DNA from: Candidatus Microgenomates bacterium
GTDB lineage: Bacteria > Patescibacteriota > Microgenomatia > UBA8517
Direction: 5' to 3'
NCBI GenBank assembly: GCA_049519355.1
Contig: JBEKQV010000002.1
Span: 131,479-195,478 of the forward strand
DNA: 64,000 nt
Shown: one piece after another, positions 10,311 to 19,401 of the stretch
Numbering within the stretch: the stretch's first letter is position 1
Layout of the letters: each line of letters begins with the position of its first letter
The notes under the pieces: generated by a model
The model's database searches: none
What the model saw: the letters and a program-made list of their open reading frames with translations, nothing else
Told to the model about the DNA's origin: nothing
Program-made: the position numbers and the translations under genes

Positions 10311-11601
10311 TGTGAAGTAAGGATTGTACAGCTTTTTTAAACTGGTTTCCCCTATCTTTATAATTCTTAAACATATCAAAACTTGCGGCGGCAGGGGAAA
10401 GTATTACCACTCCCCCTTTAGGAGTAACTTCATAAGATTTTTTAACAATCTCTGGCATCGCCACGTAACCCAAGTGAATTATATTTTTCCCGATTATTCC
10501 CTCCCCGATTTTTTCACCGATTGCACCGATTAAAATTAGATTCTTAACATTTTCTTTTTTCTCAATTACCATTCTCAATTCCCGAAAATTCAACCCCTTA
10601 TCACTCCCACCCAAAATCAAAGTTTCAGGTTCGGTAAAAGATTTAATTGCGGCAATTGTCGGTTGAGGTCCTGTAGCAAATGAATCGTTGTAATATTTAA
10701 CTCCGTCAACCTCATCAACCAGTTCCAACCTATGTTCCAAACCCTTGAAGGATCTAACGACCTGTAAAATTTTCTCTTTGGGAACTTCAAGAATTTTCGC
10801 TACGGCTACCGCAGCAGCTATATTTTCAAGATTATGTTCCCCGCGCAAAAGTAATTTTTCCTTAAACTCCTGTTCAAGAGAAATTTTTGAAAAATATACA
10901 ACTTCACCTTTAGTAAGGCCTGCAAAACTTCTCGGGGTTTCGTATTCTTCGTTGATAACGGCGAAATCTCCCCGTTTTTGATGACTTACAATATTTTTCT
11001 TTGCATTTACATATTCTTCCCTGTCTTTATGCCAATCAAGATGATCAACCGTAATATTTAGTACAACCGCAATGTGGGGGCTAACATCCATGTCGATTAG
11101 CTGAAATGAAGACATTTCCATAATCACCAAAGAGCCACTAGTCAATTTCGGCAATAGTTCCAAATAGGGTTTACCTATGTTTCCGCTCAAATAGACATCC
11201 CGTCTATCCGCTTTCAAAATCTCACAAATTAATGTTGACGTTGTTCCTTTACCTTTAGTTCCCGTTACGCCAATTATTTGTGCCGGACATTTGTCAAAAA
11301 ATATTTTTATTGCTGAAGTTACGATAACACCAGCTTTTTGGGCATCTACTATTTCGGAACTGTAGCGGTAAACCCCAGGGGACCTGACGATGCAATCAAA
11401 ACCGGTTAAACCCCTGCTTAAATAGTTTTCTCCAGTAAATATTTCAATCTCTTTCTTTTCAATTCCCGAAAAATCCAACTCTCCCTCTTCTTTCCTATCA
11501 AAAAGTGTAACTTTTGCCCCCTGGGAAAGAAGAAACTTAAGCGCGTCTTTTCCTTCAATTCCCAATCCCAAAACCGCAATTTTTTTGTTTGCAAAATCCA
11601 T
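10300..11601 (-). CDS. murD: UDP-MurNAc-L-alanine--D-glutamate ligase MurD
   Basis: N-terminal Rossmann-like KIAVLGLGIEG and Mur ligase P-loop GVTGTKGKGTT; 433 aa. Confidence 0.85.
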   Translation of the reverse strand: MDFANKKIAVLGLGIEGKDALKFLLSQGAKVTLFDRKEEGELDFSGIEKKEIEIFTGENYLSRGLTGFDCIVRSPGVYRYSSEIVDAQKAGVIVTSAIKIFFDKCPAQIIGVTGTKGKGTTSTLICEILKADRRDVYLSGNIGKPYLELLPKLTSGSLVIMEMSSFQLIDMDVSPHIAVVLNITVDHLDWHKDREEYVNAKKNIVSHQKRGDFAVINEEYETPRSFAGLTKGEVVYFSKISLEQEFKEKLLLRGEHNLENIAAAVAVAKILEVPKEKILQVVRSFKGLEHRLELVDEVDGVKYYNDSFATGPQPTIAAIKSFTEPETLILGGSDKGLNFRELRMVIEKKENVKNLILIGAIGEKIGEGIIGKNIIHLGYVAMPEIVKKSYEVTPKGGVVILSPAAASFDMFKNYKDRGNQFKKAVQSLLHNGK

Positions 11602-11603
11602 TT

Positions 11604-12632
11604 TTAAAAATTTATCATTTGGACTTCGGGCTCAAGCCTTAATCCAAACATCTTGTCTACATCCTCAACAATCTTATTTGAAAGTTTAATCACATCGCTA
11701 GCTTTTGCATTTCCGCTTTTGTTTATTATTATCAATGCATGTTTAGGTGAAACACCAACACTTCCAAGGTTTTTTCCTTTCCAACCCGCATTTTCGATAA
11801 GGAAGCCGCTAAATACCTTATATTTTTCTCCGAAGGGAAAAATCTTAATACCGGGAAAATCCTTCTCCAGTTGCTCCTTTTTATTTTTATCGACAATAGG
11901 ATTTTTGAAAAACGAACCCGCATTTCCCACTATATTAGGATCCTCCAATCGTTCTTTTCGAACTGCTAAAATCGCGTTGCGGACATCCAAAAGGCTTGGA
12001 TTTTCTTTTACTCTACCGTTCAATGATTCGTAATTAACAGTCGGTTTACCATTTTTGTGAAGTCTCAGGGTAATATCCGTAATTAAATATTTCTGCCAAT
12101 GTGATTTCTGTTTAAAAATACTCTCCCTGTAGCCAAACCCACAATCTTCTTTGTTAAATTTAACAAAATTTTCTTTCGTGATATCAAACGCATTTAAACT
12201 TTCAAAAGTATCTTTAAGCTCCTGTCCGTATGCTCCGATATTTTGAATAGGAGCCGCCCCGACAGTTCCGGGAATTCCGGAAAGACACTCTATTCCCTGA
12301 AAATTATTTTTTACAGAATATTCAACCAACTTATCCCAACTCATTCCCGCTTCGGCGGTGATAGAATCGCCCGAAATCGATACTCCTGTTCCTGTAAATT
12401 TAATTACTAATCCATCATAAAGTTTATCGCTCACCAAAAAGTCACTCCCTCCACCAATAATAAAAACTTTCAAATGATTAGACTTTGCAAAACAAACAAT
12501 CTCCTCAATTTCTTTCTTGCCCTTCACTTCCGCATAATATTTAATCTTTCCACCGATTCGAAAAGTTGTAAGGTTTTTAAAATATTTATTTTGAAGAATC
12601 TTCATATTAATTTTGTTACTTCCCTCGCCCAC
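11604..12632 (-). CDS. murB: UDP-N-acetylenolpyruvoylglucosamine reductase MurB (FAD-binding)
   Basis: FAD-binding PCMH-type N-terminus (TTFRIGG), 342 aa, position in dcw cluster. Confidence 0.85.
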   Translation of the reverse strand: MGEGSNKINMKILQNKYFKNLTTFRIGGKIKYYAEVKGKKEIEEIVCFAKSNHLKVFIIGGGSDFLVSDKLYDGLVIKFTGTGVSISGDSITAEAGMSWDKLVEYSVKNNFQGIECLSGIPGTVGAAPIQNIGAYGQELKDTFESLNAFDITKENFVKFNKEDCGFGYRESIFKQKSHWQKYLITDITLRLHKNGKPTVNYESLNGRVKENPSLLDVRNAILAVRKERLEDPNIVGNAGSFFKNPIVDKNKKEQLEKDFPGIKIFPFGEKYKVFSGFLIENAGWKGKNLGSVGVSPKHALIIINKSGNAKASDVIKLSNKIVEDVDKMFGLRLEPEVQMINF

Positions 12633-13888
12633 AAATAACTTTTGCCCGCCCCCATTACTAAGATAACATCCCCGCTATTAATTTCTTTCTTGATAATACT
12701 TTTTATTTCTTCAAACGAATTATATCCTTTTGCATCCGGATGATGTGATTTTTCGGCAACGATTTGTGGAGTCATACCGAAAGTTTTCTGATCTCTAGCC
12801 TGAAAAATTGGTCCGATTAAAACTTTATCAGCATCTTTAAAAGCATTTTTATAATTATCCAATAATTTTGCGGTCCTTGCGTAACCATGCGGCTCGTCAA
12901 TTACCCAGATCTTTGCATTCGGGTAAAGTCCTCTTAACCCCTCAAGAGTTGCGGCAATTGCAGTCGGGTGGTGGGCATAATCATCGTAAACTTTTATTCC
13001 TTTTTTATCTGCAATTAATTCCATCCTTCTTCCAATTCCCCCAAATGTGGAAAATGATTTCCTAATCACACTTTCATCAATTCCCAAAAGTTTTCCTAGA
13101 GCAACAACTCCAAGTGCATTTGAAATATTATGCTTTCCGGAAATTGCCAAGTTAAAACCTAATTTTTGACTTTTTTGCGAGTATTTAATAATTCTCAAAT
13201 CACTTTTATCATCAATCGAACCAAGTAATTTATTAATCCCTTCCGAATCCCCGTTTACGATTAGTATTTTCATTCCGGTTAGTCTTCCGACAAATTTTTT
13301 GAAACTTTCGAAAACTTCTTTTTCGGATTTAAAAAAATCGGGGTGATCAAACTCAATATTATTTAGAATAATTATTTCCGGGGAATAGTTTAAGAAATTA
13401 TTATTAAATTCATCCGCCTCGACAACAAAATATTCGCCATTTCCGTATCGCGAATTTCCATCCCATTCGTGAACCGTTGCTCCCACAATCACCATCGGAT
13501 CCAAGGCCGCATCCGCAAGAAGTTTTCCGACCATGGCGGTTGTAGTAGACTTTCCGTGAGTTCCAGCTACACAAATCATCTTTTTGCCCTTTGCCAAATA
13601 TTTTCCTAAAAACTCCTGCCATGTTATTGCTATTTTTCGTTTTTGGCCCTCGACAAGTTCGGAATTTTTTGCGTTTTGATAAAAAACCGCAGGGGTAACC
13701 ACCAATAAATCAGCTCCGTCTAAATGTTTGACGTCGTGGCCTTTGAAAATATTATCCGCATACGCAGTGCTTCCTTCCAAATCACAACCTGTAACGTGAT
13801 AGCCCATCTTGTCTGCCAACCTAGCAATTCCAGACATTCCGCTTCCTCCTATTCCCATGAAATGTATTTTTTGAATACTGTTATCCAT
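12602..13888 (-). CDS. murC: UDP-N-acetylmuramate--L-alanine ligase MurC
   Basis: N-terminal HFMGIGGSGMSGIA and Mur ligase P-loop GTHGKSTTTAM. Confidence 0.85.
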   Translation of the reverse strand: MDNSIQKIHFMGIGGSGMSGIARLADKMGYHVTGCDLEGSTAYADNIFKGHDVKHLDGADLLVVTPAVFYQNAKNSELVEGQKRKIAITWQEFLGKYLAKGKKMICVAGTHGKSTTTAMVGKLLADAALDPMVIVGATVHEWDGNSRYGNGEYFVVEADEFNNNFLNYSPEIIILNNIEFDHPDFFKSEKEVFESFKKFVGRLTGMKILIVNGDSEGINKLLGSIDDKSDLRIIKYSQKSQKLGFNLAISGKHNISNALGVVALGKLLGIDESVIRKSFSTFGGIGRRMELIADKKGIKVYDDYAHHPTAIAATLEGLRGLYPNAKIWVIDEPHGYARTAKLLDNYKNAFKDADKVLIGPIFQARDQKTFGMTPQIVAEKSHHPDAKGYNSFEEIKSIIKKEINSGDVILVMGAGKSYLWAREVTKLI

Positions 13889-15297
13889 TAATACAAAGTT
13901 CTAATGAAGTTTGTGACCTCAGAAATGTTGTTCGCTGTAAAATCAGGTTTAAAATCCGGATCTCGCGGTTTCAAGTTTTTATATACTCCCTGTTTTAGAT
14001 GGATAACAATCGAATTTGAAATCTGCTTTTTGAAACTCTCGAGATTAATAATTTTATCATCTACAACAATCTTTCTTCTGCCTTTATAAATTTTGCCGAT
14101 GGTATCAAGTTCTTCGGATTTGTGTTCAATGTGCTCAAACACAAACATTTCATCGATATATTTGGAAATCTTCAAATTTTTAATCTTCATCGGCTGATAG
14201 ACTAAATCCCCGTCTGTCAAAATCGCTATTTCGCCTTTCGGATCTATATATTCAATAAATTCATTCACCCCATCAAAAACAAATTTATTAAACGGAATTG
14301 TAAAAAACATATTTCTAATTTCCTCGGAAAATTCCGGCCTTTTAACCCTTTCGGCAAATGAATCACTAAACTCAGGAATGGAAACATACCCCAGCCGTTC
14401 GCGGCTGAGATCATATTCCTGCCAAAAAGTATCCAAAAGTTCTGGTTTAATAAGTTCTTTGACCAACTTCTGACTAACATATTTCTTAATAGCATCCGTA
14501 TCTAAAAGTGTATTGTCTATATCAAGAATAAAAACAGTAGGCCCTTTTTGCTTGATAAGCCTGACCAACATTTTCTCATTCGCCTCTTTAAGTTCCTGCT
14601 GATCATTTATTCCACGCCATTCATCTTTATTGTTCAATAAAAAGTTGTTCACTTTTTCTTTTGCATGCAAGGCAATCAATACTAAATCCGTAATGTAATA
14701 TTCTCCCGATGAGCTTTTTGGAACACTTCTAATGGCCGTGCGTAGCCATTCTTTATCAAAAATATAGCAGCCAACATTTACTTCTTTGATAAGCTTCTGC
14801 TCATCAGAGGCATCTTTTTCTTCGACAATCTGAACAACTTTGTTTCCATTGCGTATTACTCTCCCCAGCCCTCGAGGGGAATCGACAACTGTACTCATAA
14901 AACTCAATTTTGCAGATGAATCGTTATGGCTTTTTACAAACTGCCTGATCGTGGAGACCTCAAAAAAAGCAGAATCGTCGCCGTTAAAGACAATTACTTC
15001 CTTTACATCGTCCTTTATCTTTCCCAGGGCCAGTTCTGCAGCATTGGCGGTGCCCAACTGATCTTTTTGGTAAACATAATTTACATCCTCATTTCTGATG
15101 CTGCCCTTTACATCAGTCGCTTTGTACCCAATTACAACATAGGTGTCAGTAATAGGAATCTTTTTAATAAGCTCCAGGCAGTAATACAACATGGGTTTCC
15201 CCACAATCGGGTAGAGTGCTTTAGGAAGATGTTGACCTATCCTCGTTCCCTTTCCGGCAGCTAAAACAATTGCAGCTATTTTATGAATATTTTTCAT
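13888..15297 (-). CDS. Fusion protein: bacterial GlmU-type N-terminal uridylyltransferase domain plus C-terminal HAD-superfamily hydrolase domain (no LbH acetyltransferase domain)
   Basis: The N-terminal ~230 aa align closely to the E. coli GlmU uridylyltransferase domain (AIVLAAGKGTRI; QLGTANAA; VEEKDASDEQKLIKEVNVG...GEYYITDLVLIA vs GlmU VEHKDATDEQRQIQEINTG...GEYYITDIIALA). The C-terminal ~230 aa carry HAD motif I FILDIDNTLLD and motif IV KIVVDDKI. Confidence 0.65.
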   Translation of the reverse strand: MKNIHKIAAIVLAAGKGTRIGQHLPKALYPIVGKPMLYYCLELIKKIPITDTYVVIGYKATDVKGSIRNEDVNYVYQKDQLGTANAAELALGKIKDDVKEVIVFNGDDSAFFEVSTIRQFVKSHNDSSAKLSFMSTVVDSPRGLGRVIRNGNKVVQIVEEKDASDEQKLIKEVNVGCYIFDKEWLRTAIRSVPKSSSGEYYITDLVLIALHAKEKVNNFLLNNKDEWRGINDQQELKEANEKMLVRLIKQKGPTVFILDIDNTLLDTDAIKKYVSQKLVKELIKPELLDTFWQEYDLSRERLGYVSIPEFSDSFAERVKRPEFSEEIRNMFFTIPFNKFVFDGVNEFIEYIDPKGEIAILTDGDLVYQPMKIKNLKISKYIDEMFVFEHIEHKSEELDTIGKIYKGRRKIVVDDKIINLESFKKQISNSIVIHLKQGVYKNLKPRDPDFKPDFTANNISEVTNFIRTLY

Positions 15298-15299
15298 AT

Positions 15300-16559
15300 T
15301 TATTGGATCAAACTTTTTTGTACAATTTCTTGCTCTACGTAAATGCGGGTTTTTCCAGGAACATTTTTTGTAACAATCGTTGATGGTCCAATAATAGAGT
15401 CGTTACCGATTATCACACCAGGCATAGTTGAAACATTTATACCAATTTTTACATTGTCACCAATCAAAACTCCGATTCTATCACTTCCGGTAAAAACTTT
15501 TTTATCTTTAACTTTGACTTCCACTAAGTCTCTATCAATCCTCTTATTACCAGTAATAAAACCGGCACCCACTCTTACAGAATCACCAATAATGGAGTCT
15601 CCAACAAAACCCGAATGAATGTGAGTACCCATTTCGATTATACTTCTGGTGCAGTCAACAAATCTTTCTATCTGAGTGTCCTCTTCCAGGATAGATCCTT
15701 CTCTTAGAATGCAATGTGCGCCAACTACAGAATTCTTCCCGATATAAACAGGCCCTTCAACTATCGCAAAATCAAGAATCCTTGCTCCGTCTTCAATAAT
15801 TACTTTACCCGTTAGCACCGACTTCTTTGATATCTCGGCTTTACCCGTTTTTTTAGCAGGTAGTTTTCCCAAAACATAATCTTTTATCGCAAATAAATCC
15901 CACGGATATTTTAACGGCATTACGGCTTCGCCGTTTCTAAATACTCTAACCTTCTCCTTTTTTAAAAATTTATCCAGAGCTGCCTCAAATTGATATTCAC
16001 TCTGTGGTTCATTCCGAAGGGTATCCATAAATCTTTTATTCAAAAAGTAGCAACCTGAAACCCTATCATTTGAAGGCTCTTCCCCTTTTGCAGGTTTTTC
16101 AACAATTCCCGTCGGGTTATGACCCCTATCAAAGGACAAAATTCCATATTCCCAGGGTTTATCTGTTTTCTCAACCAATAAACCAACCGAAGGTATCTCG
16201 TTGTATTTCAATAAAAACGAATTGAAAATATTTTCATTTACAAAATGAGGAAAACCTAAAATGAAGTTCTCTTCAAGAAAATCTTCTGTCGAAAGCAAGG
16301 CGTTTCCCATCCCCAAAGCTTCTTTTTGGTAAACAATTTTTAAATTTAGATGTTTATACTCCTTAAGATACTCTATAAGAGTACCATCGCTTTCGGAAAC
16401 AACAACAACAACTTCGTCAACCTTAAGTTTTCTAATTCCGTCGAGAGTCCAACCGATTATTGGTTTTCCGCAAAGGCGGAACATCGACTTGTGTGCGCCG
16501 TTAAATGGAAAAAATCTTGATGAAACTCCTGCCGCTAAAAGAACTATTTGTTTCTTCAT
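15300..16559 (-). CDS. Bifunctional sugar-1-phosphate nucleotidyltransferase / LbH acetyltransferase (archaeal ST0452-type GlmU-like)
   Basis: N-terminal NTP-transferase motif LLAAGVSSRFFP; C-terminal ~150 aa of hexapeptide (left-handed beta-helix) repeats (IGDSVRVGAG, IGDNVKIGIN, IGNDSIIGP); 419 aa. Confidence 0.6.
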   Translation of the reverse strand: MKKQIVLLAAGVSSRFFPFNGAHKSMFRLCGKPIIGWTLDGIRKLKVDEVVVVVSESDGTLIEYLKEYKHLNLKIVYQKEALGMGNALLSTEDFLEENFILGFPHFVNENIFNSFLLKYNEIPSVGLLVEKTDKPWEYGILSFDRGHNPTGIVEKPAKGEEPSNDRVSGCYFLNKRFMDTLRNEPQSEYQFEAALDKFLKKEKVRVFRNGEAVMPLKYPWDLFAIKDYVLGKLPAKKTGKAEISKKSVLTGKVIIEDGARILDFAIVEGPVYIGKNSVVGAHCILREGSILEEDTQIERFVDCTRSIIEMGTHIHSGFVGDSIIGDSVRVGAGFITGNKRIDRDLVEVKVKDKKVFTGSDRIGVLIGDNVKIGINVSTMPGVIIGNDSIIGPSTIVTKNVPGKTRIYVEQEIVQKSLIQ

Positions 16560-17827
16560 ATATATTTTTCCACAATCTTACGGTCAGACCAAGGAACTTC
16601 GTGAGTTCCGTCTAAATTCATCGACTTTTCGTGTCCTTTCCCAAATATTCCCACTAAATCACCTTTTCTAGCAGACTCTATGGCAAATTTAATTGCTTCA
16701 TTTCTATCCAGAATCTCATAAATTTTAACACTTTTCTTCGTAACCCCGCTTTTTATCTGCACAATAATGTCCTCAGCCTTTTCACTCCGCGGGTCTTCAG
16801 CCGTTAAAATTAACTCGTCCGCAATTTCAGAGGCAACTTTTCCCATTTTAGGACGTTTATACGGATCTCTTTCACCCGCACTGCCGAAGACTGCAATGAG
16901 TTTCCCTGAAGTCTGGGTTTTCAAATATTTTAAAGCGGCCTCGAGAGATTCCGGAGTATGGGCAAAATCGATAAATATTTTTATCCCCAAGTCATTTTTA
17001 ATTTCCGTTAATCTTCCCTCTGGAAGTTTAAATGAATGCAAAGATTCCAAAGCGTCTTTACGGCTCACTCCGAAAAATTCCACGGCCTTAATGGCCGCTT
17101 CAACATCCAAATTGTTAAATTTTCCGGGAAGAATATCTATATTGGTTTCTTTCGGAGCAATAACTTTATTCTTTATGGAATTAATAAATGACATTTTAAC
17201 CCTTTTATATTCTCCAAAAGTTTTGTGATAATCCAAGTGTTCTGGAGCAATATTCGTCAATACCGCAACATCGAATTTTATTCCGGCAATTCTTTTCTGC
17301 TCAATTCCGTGTGAACTGACTTCTATTATTGCAAACTCAGAACCAAGTTCAACCATCTCGGCAAGAAGTTTATGCAAAGATACCACGTCTGGACTTGTGA
17401 CATGGAAACCTGTATTTATCTCTTTATCGCCTATTTTCGCAGCAATCGAAGTTATAAGCCCTACCTTTTTTCCAAGCTTTATCAGAATATGATATATCAA
17501 ATAGCAAGTCGTGGTTTTTCCTTTGGTCCCGGTCACGCCGATTATTTTAAGTTTTTGCGAGGGCTTACCGTAAAACTCCGACGCGAGTGTTCCCAAAACA
17601 TCTCTGGAATCGGCTACTCTAATATAATTGACGCTGAGGCGCAGTTCTTTTTCTCCAACTACAACTTTTGCTCCATTTTTTACTGCTTGGGGAATAAAAT
17701 CGTGACCGTCTGAAGTCAAGCCAGGGACTGCCACAAAAATGAATCCTTCCCGAACCAGTCTCGAGTCTGCGGTCACCCCCTTATAAGCTCCGATATTTCG
17801 CACAAGTTCCACTATGTTTTTGACCAT
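16556..17827 (-). CDS. murE: UDP-MurNAc-L-Ala-D-Glu--diamino acid ligase MurE
   Basis: Mur ligase P-loop GVTGTKGKTTT; C-terminal EDPRSE (DNPR-like) region; 423 aa. Confidence 0.85.
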   Translation of the reverse strand: MVKNIVELVRNIGAYKGVTADSRLVREGFIFVAVPGLTSDGHDFIPQAVKNGAKVVVGEKELRLSVNYIRVADSRDVLGTLASEFYGKPSQKLKIIGVTGTKGKTTTCYLIYHILIKLGKKVGLITSIAAKIGDKEINTGFHVTSPDVVSLHKLLAEMVELGSEFAIIEVSSHGIEQKRIAGIKFDVAVLTNIAPEHLDYHKTFGEYKRVKMSFINSIKNKVIAPKETNIDILPGKFNNLDVEAAIKAVEFFGVSRKDALESLHSFKLPEGRLTEIKNDLGIKIFIDFAHTPESLEAALKYLKTQTSGKLIAVFGSAGERDPYKRPKMGKVASEIADELILTAEDPRSEKAEDIIVQIKSGVTKKSVKIYEILDRNEAIKFAIESARKGDLVGIFGKGHEKSMNLDGTHEVPWSDRKIVEKYI

Positions 17828-17829
17828 CT

Positions 17830-18441
17830 GTGCTATATTATACCAAAATGAAGCTGGATAAACCGACTTTTGCAGTCAGTACCCGAGCGGATAATTTAGC
17901 CAAAGCTCTAAGGACATCGCAAAAGACAATTACAATTTGGGTTAGGGCCGGAAAATATAAAAACAGATTTCCGCTCCTTCGGACCACCGTCACATACAAT
18001 GCAAAATCAGTAATTGATGCTGGAAATTATCAGAAAAGGTTTATAGCAACACTCCCGGTTGCAAAGACACATACAAAATTATCCATTTTAAAAGAAATTT
18101 CAAACGATGAAATCCGGCAGCTTCTAGCTTTCACAAAAAGAGACAAAACAATAAGATCCTCGACTCACGATTTCGACAGTTTTAAAAGTAAGAAGTCGTT
18201 TTTATCGTGGAAAAAAAGAGGAAAGTACATTTACACCCTGATCAACAAAAACGGAAGACTAACTGGAATCGTCTGGTTCAATAAAGGGGTTCCCACAGTC
18301 AGAATTTATCCGCACTCTTCTAAAGCCAAAACACTTGCAAAGAAACTACTGGTTATTGTCTGTAAAGATTTTGAGAAAAATAACCGTAAACTAACCGTTT
18401 CGAAGAATCGTCTGGGCCAGGCTTTTAGAATTATGTCTTAA
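17830..18441 (+). CDS. Hypothetical protein with an N-terminal excisionase/MerR-like HTH (LAKALRTSQKTITIWVRAG)
   Basis: Six-frame ORF on the strand opposite to the dcw genes; HTH_17-like segment; 3' end overlaps the yvcK-like gene by 51 nt (convergent); basic, low-complexity C-terminal half. Confidence 0.35.
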   Translation: MLYYTKMKLDKPTFAVSTRADNLAKALRTSQKTITIWVRAGKYKNRFPLLRTTVTYNAKSVIDAGNYQKRFIATLPVAKTHTKLSILKEISNDEIRQLLAFTKRDKTIRSSTHDFDSFKSKKSFLSWKKRGKYIYTLINKNGRLTGIVWFNKGVPTVRIYPHSSKAKTLAKKLLVIVCKDFEKNNRKLTVSKNRLGQAFRIMS

Positions 18442-19401
18442 AAGGTGATCTTTCTTCAAATATTCTCCCAAATTCGCTTTAATAATTTTAACTTTAGGCG
18501 AAAGTTTTTTACAAGCATCCTCGTCAATTTGTAAAATTTCCTGTCCCGCCTCTTTGTATAAACTAACGATTTCTTTTTCAAAACTCTGATTATTAGCAAT
18601 TAAATAATTAAGCCGTTTGTTATCGCCAAGGTAAAACAAAAACGCCTTTACATAATCCGAGGCTTTAAAATAATCCGTTTCACCTGCTTTGGTTGTTAAA
18701 TTAAGAACAAAATAAACTTTCGCATGAGACTTCCTAATCGCTTCCGAAACACCTTCTACAAGAAGGTGAGGCAAAATGCTTGTAAACAAATCCCCCGGTG
18801 CAAAAACTATCTTATCCGCTGCCGAAATTGCCTCTAATACTCTTGGATTGCTGTCCGCGTGAGTCCCAAAATAGATCCTTACAATTTCGTCGCTGGGATT
18901 AAAATCAGTCCTTTCCTTCCGCTTGTCAATATTTGTTTCACCATCAATTTCGATACCTTTTCTCGTAACTCCAACCAAATTCAGATCGGTTAAACTTGCA
19001 GGCAAAACTTGCCCTTTGATCCGGAAAAGTGCTCGTTCGGCATCCGTTCCTCTATCCTGACCATGGAAAATATGATCCAATCTGACTCCTATTAAATTCC
19101 CAAGTGAATGGCCTTTTAAAGGTCCTGTGACCTCCTTCAAACGATCGTCAAATAATCTTTGTGCAACCCGCTGTTGAGCATCATCTTCCATAAGGGCTAA
19201 AAGGCATGCCCGTATATCTCCGGGCGGTAAAACCCCAAGCTCTGTCCTTAAAACACCTGAGCTTCCTCCGCTGTCCCAGGTTCCAACAACTGCAGTAATA
19301 AGTGAGGTTTCGTTGAGCTTTTTTAGACCGTTCAGAAGTTGAAAATGGCCGGTTTTACCGCCAAAAGTCACTATCTTCTCGCGGTATTCATTATTTGCCA
19401 T
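18391..19401 (-). CDS. YvcK/GlmR/UPF0052 (CofD-like) family protein
   Basis: Motifs TFGGKTGHFQLLNGLKKL (GGGTG-like) and VVGTWDSGGSSG match the YvcK gluconeogenesis-factor / UDP-GlcNAc regulator family. Confidence 0.7.
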   Translation of the reverse strand: MANNEYREKIVTFGGKTGHFQLLNGLKKLNETSLITAVVGTWDSGGSSGVLRTELGVLPPGDIRACLLALMEDDAQQRVAQRLFDDRLKEVTGPLKGHSLGNLIGVRLDHIFHGQDRGTDAERALFRIKGQVLPASLTDLNLVGVTRKGIEIDGETNIDKRKERTDFNPSDEIVRIYFGTHADSNPRVLEAISAADKIVFAPGDLFTSILPHLLVEGVSEAIRKSHAKVYFVLNLTTKAGETDYFKASDYVKAFLFYLGDNKRLNYLIANNQSFEKEIVSLYKEAGQEILQIDEDACKKLSPKVKIIKANLGEYLKKDHLLRHNSKSLAQTILRNG

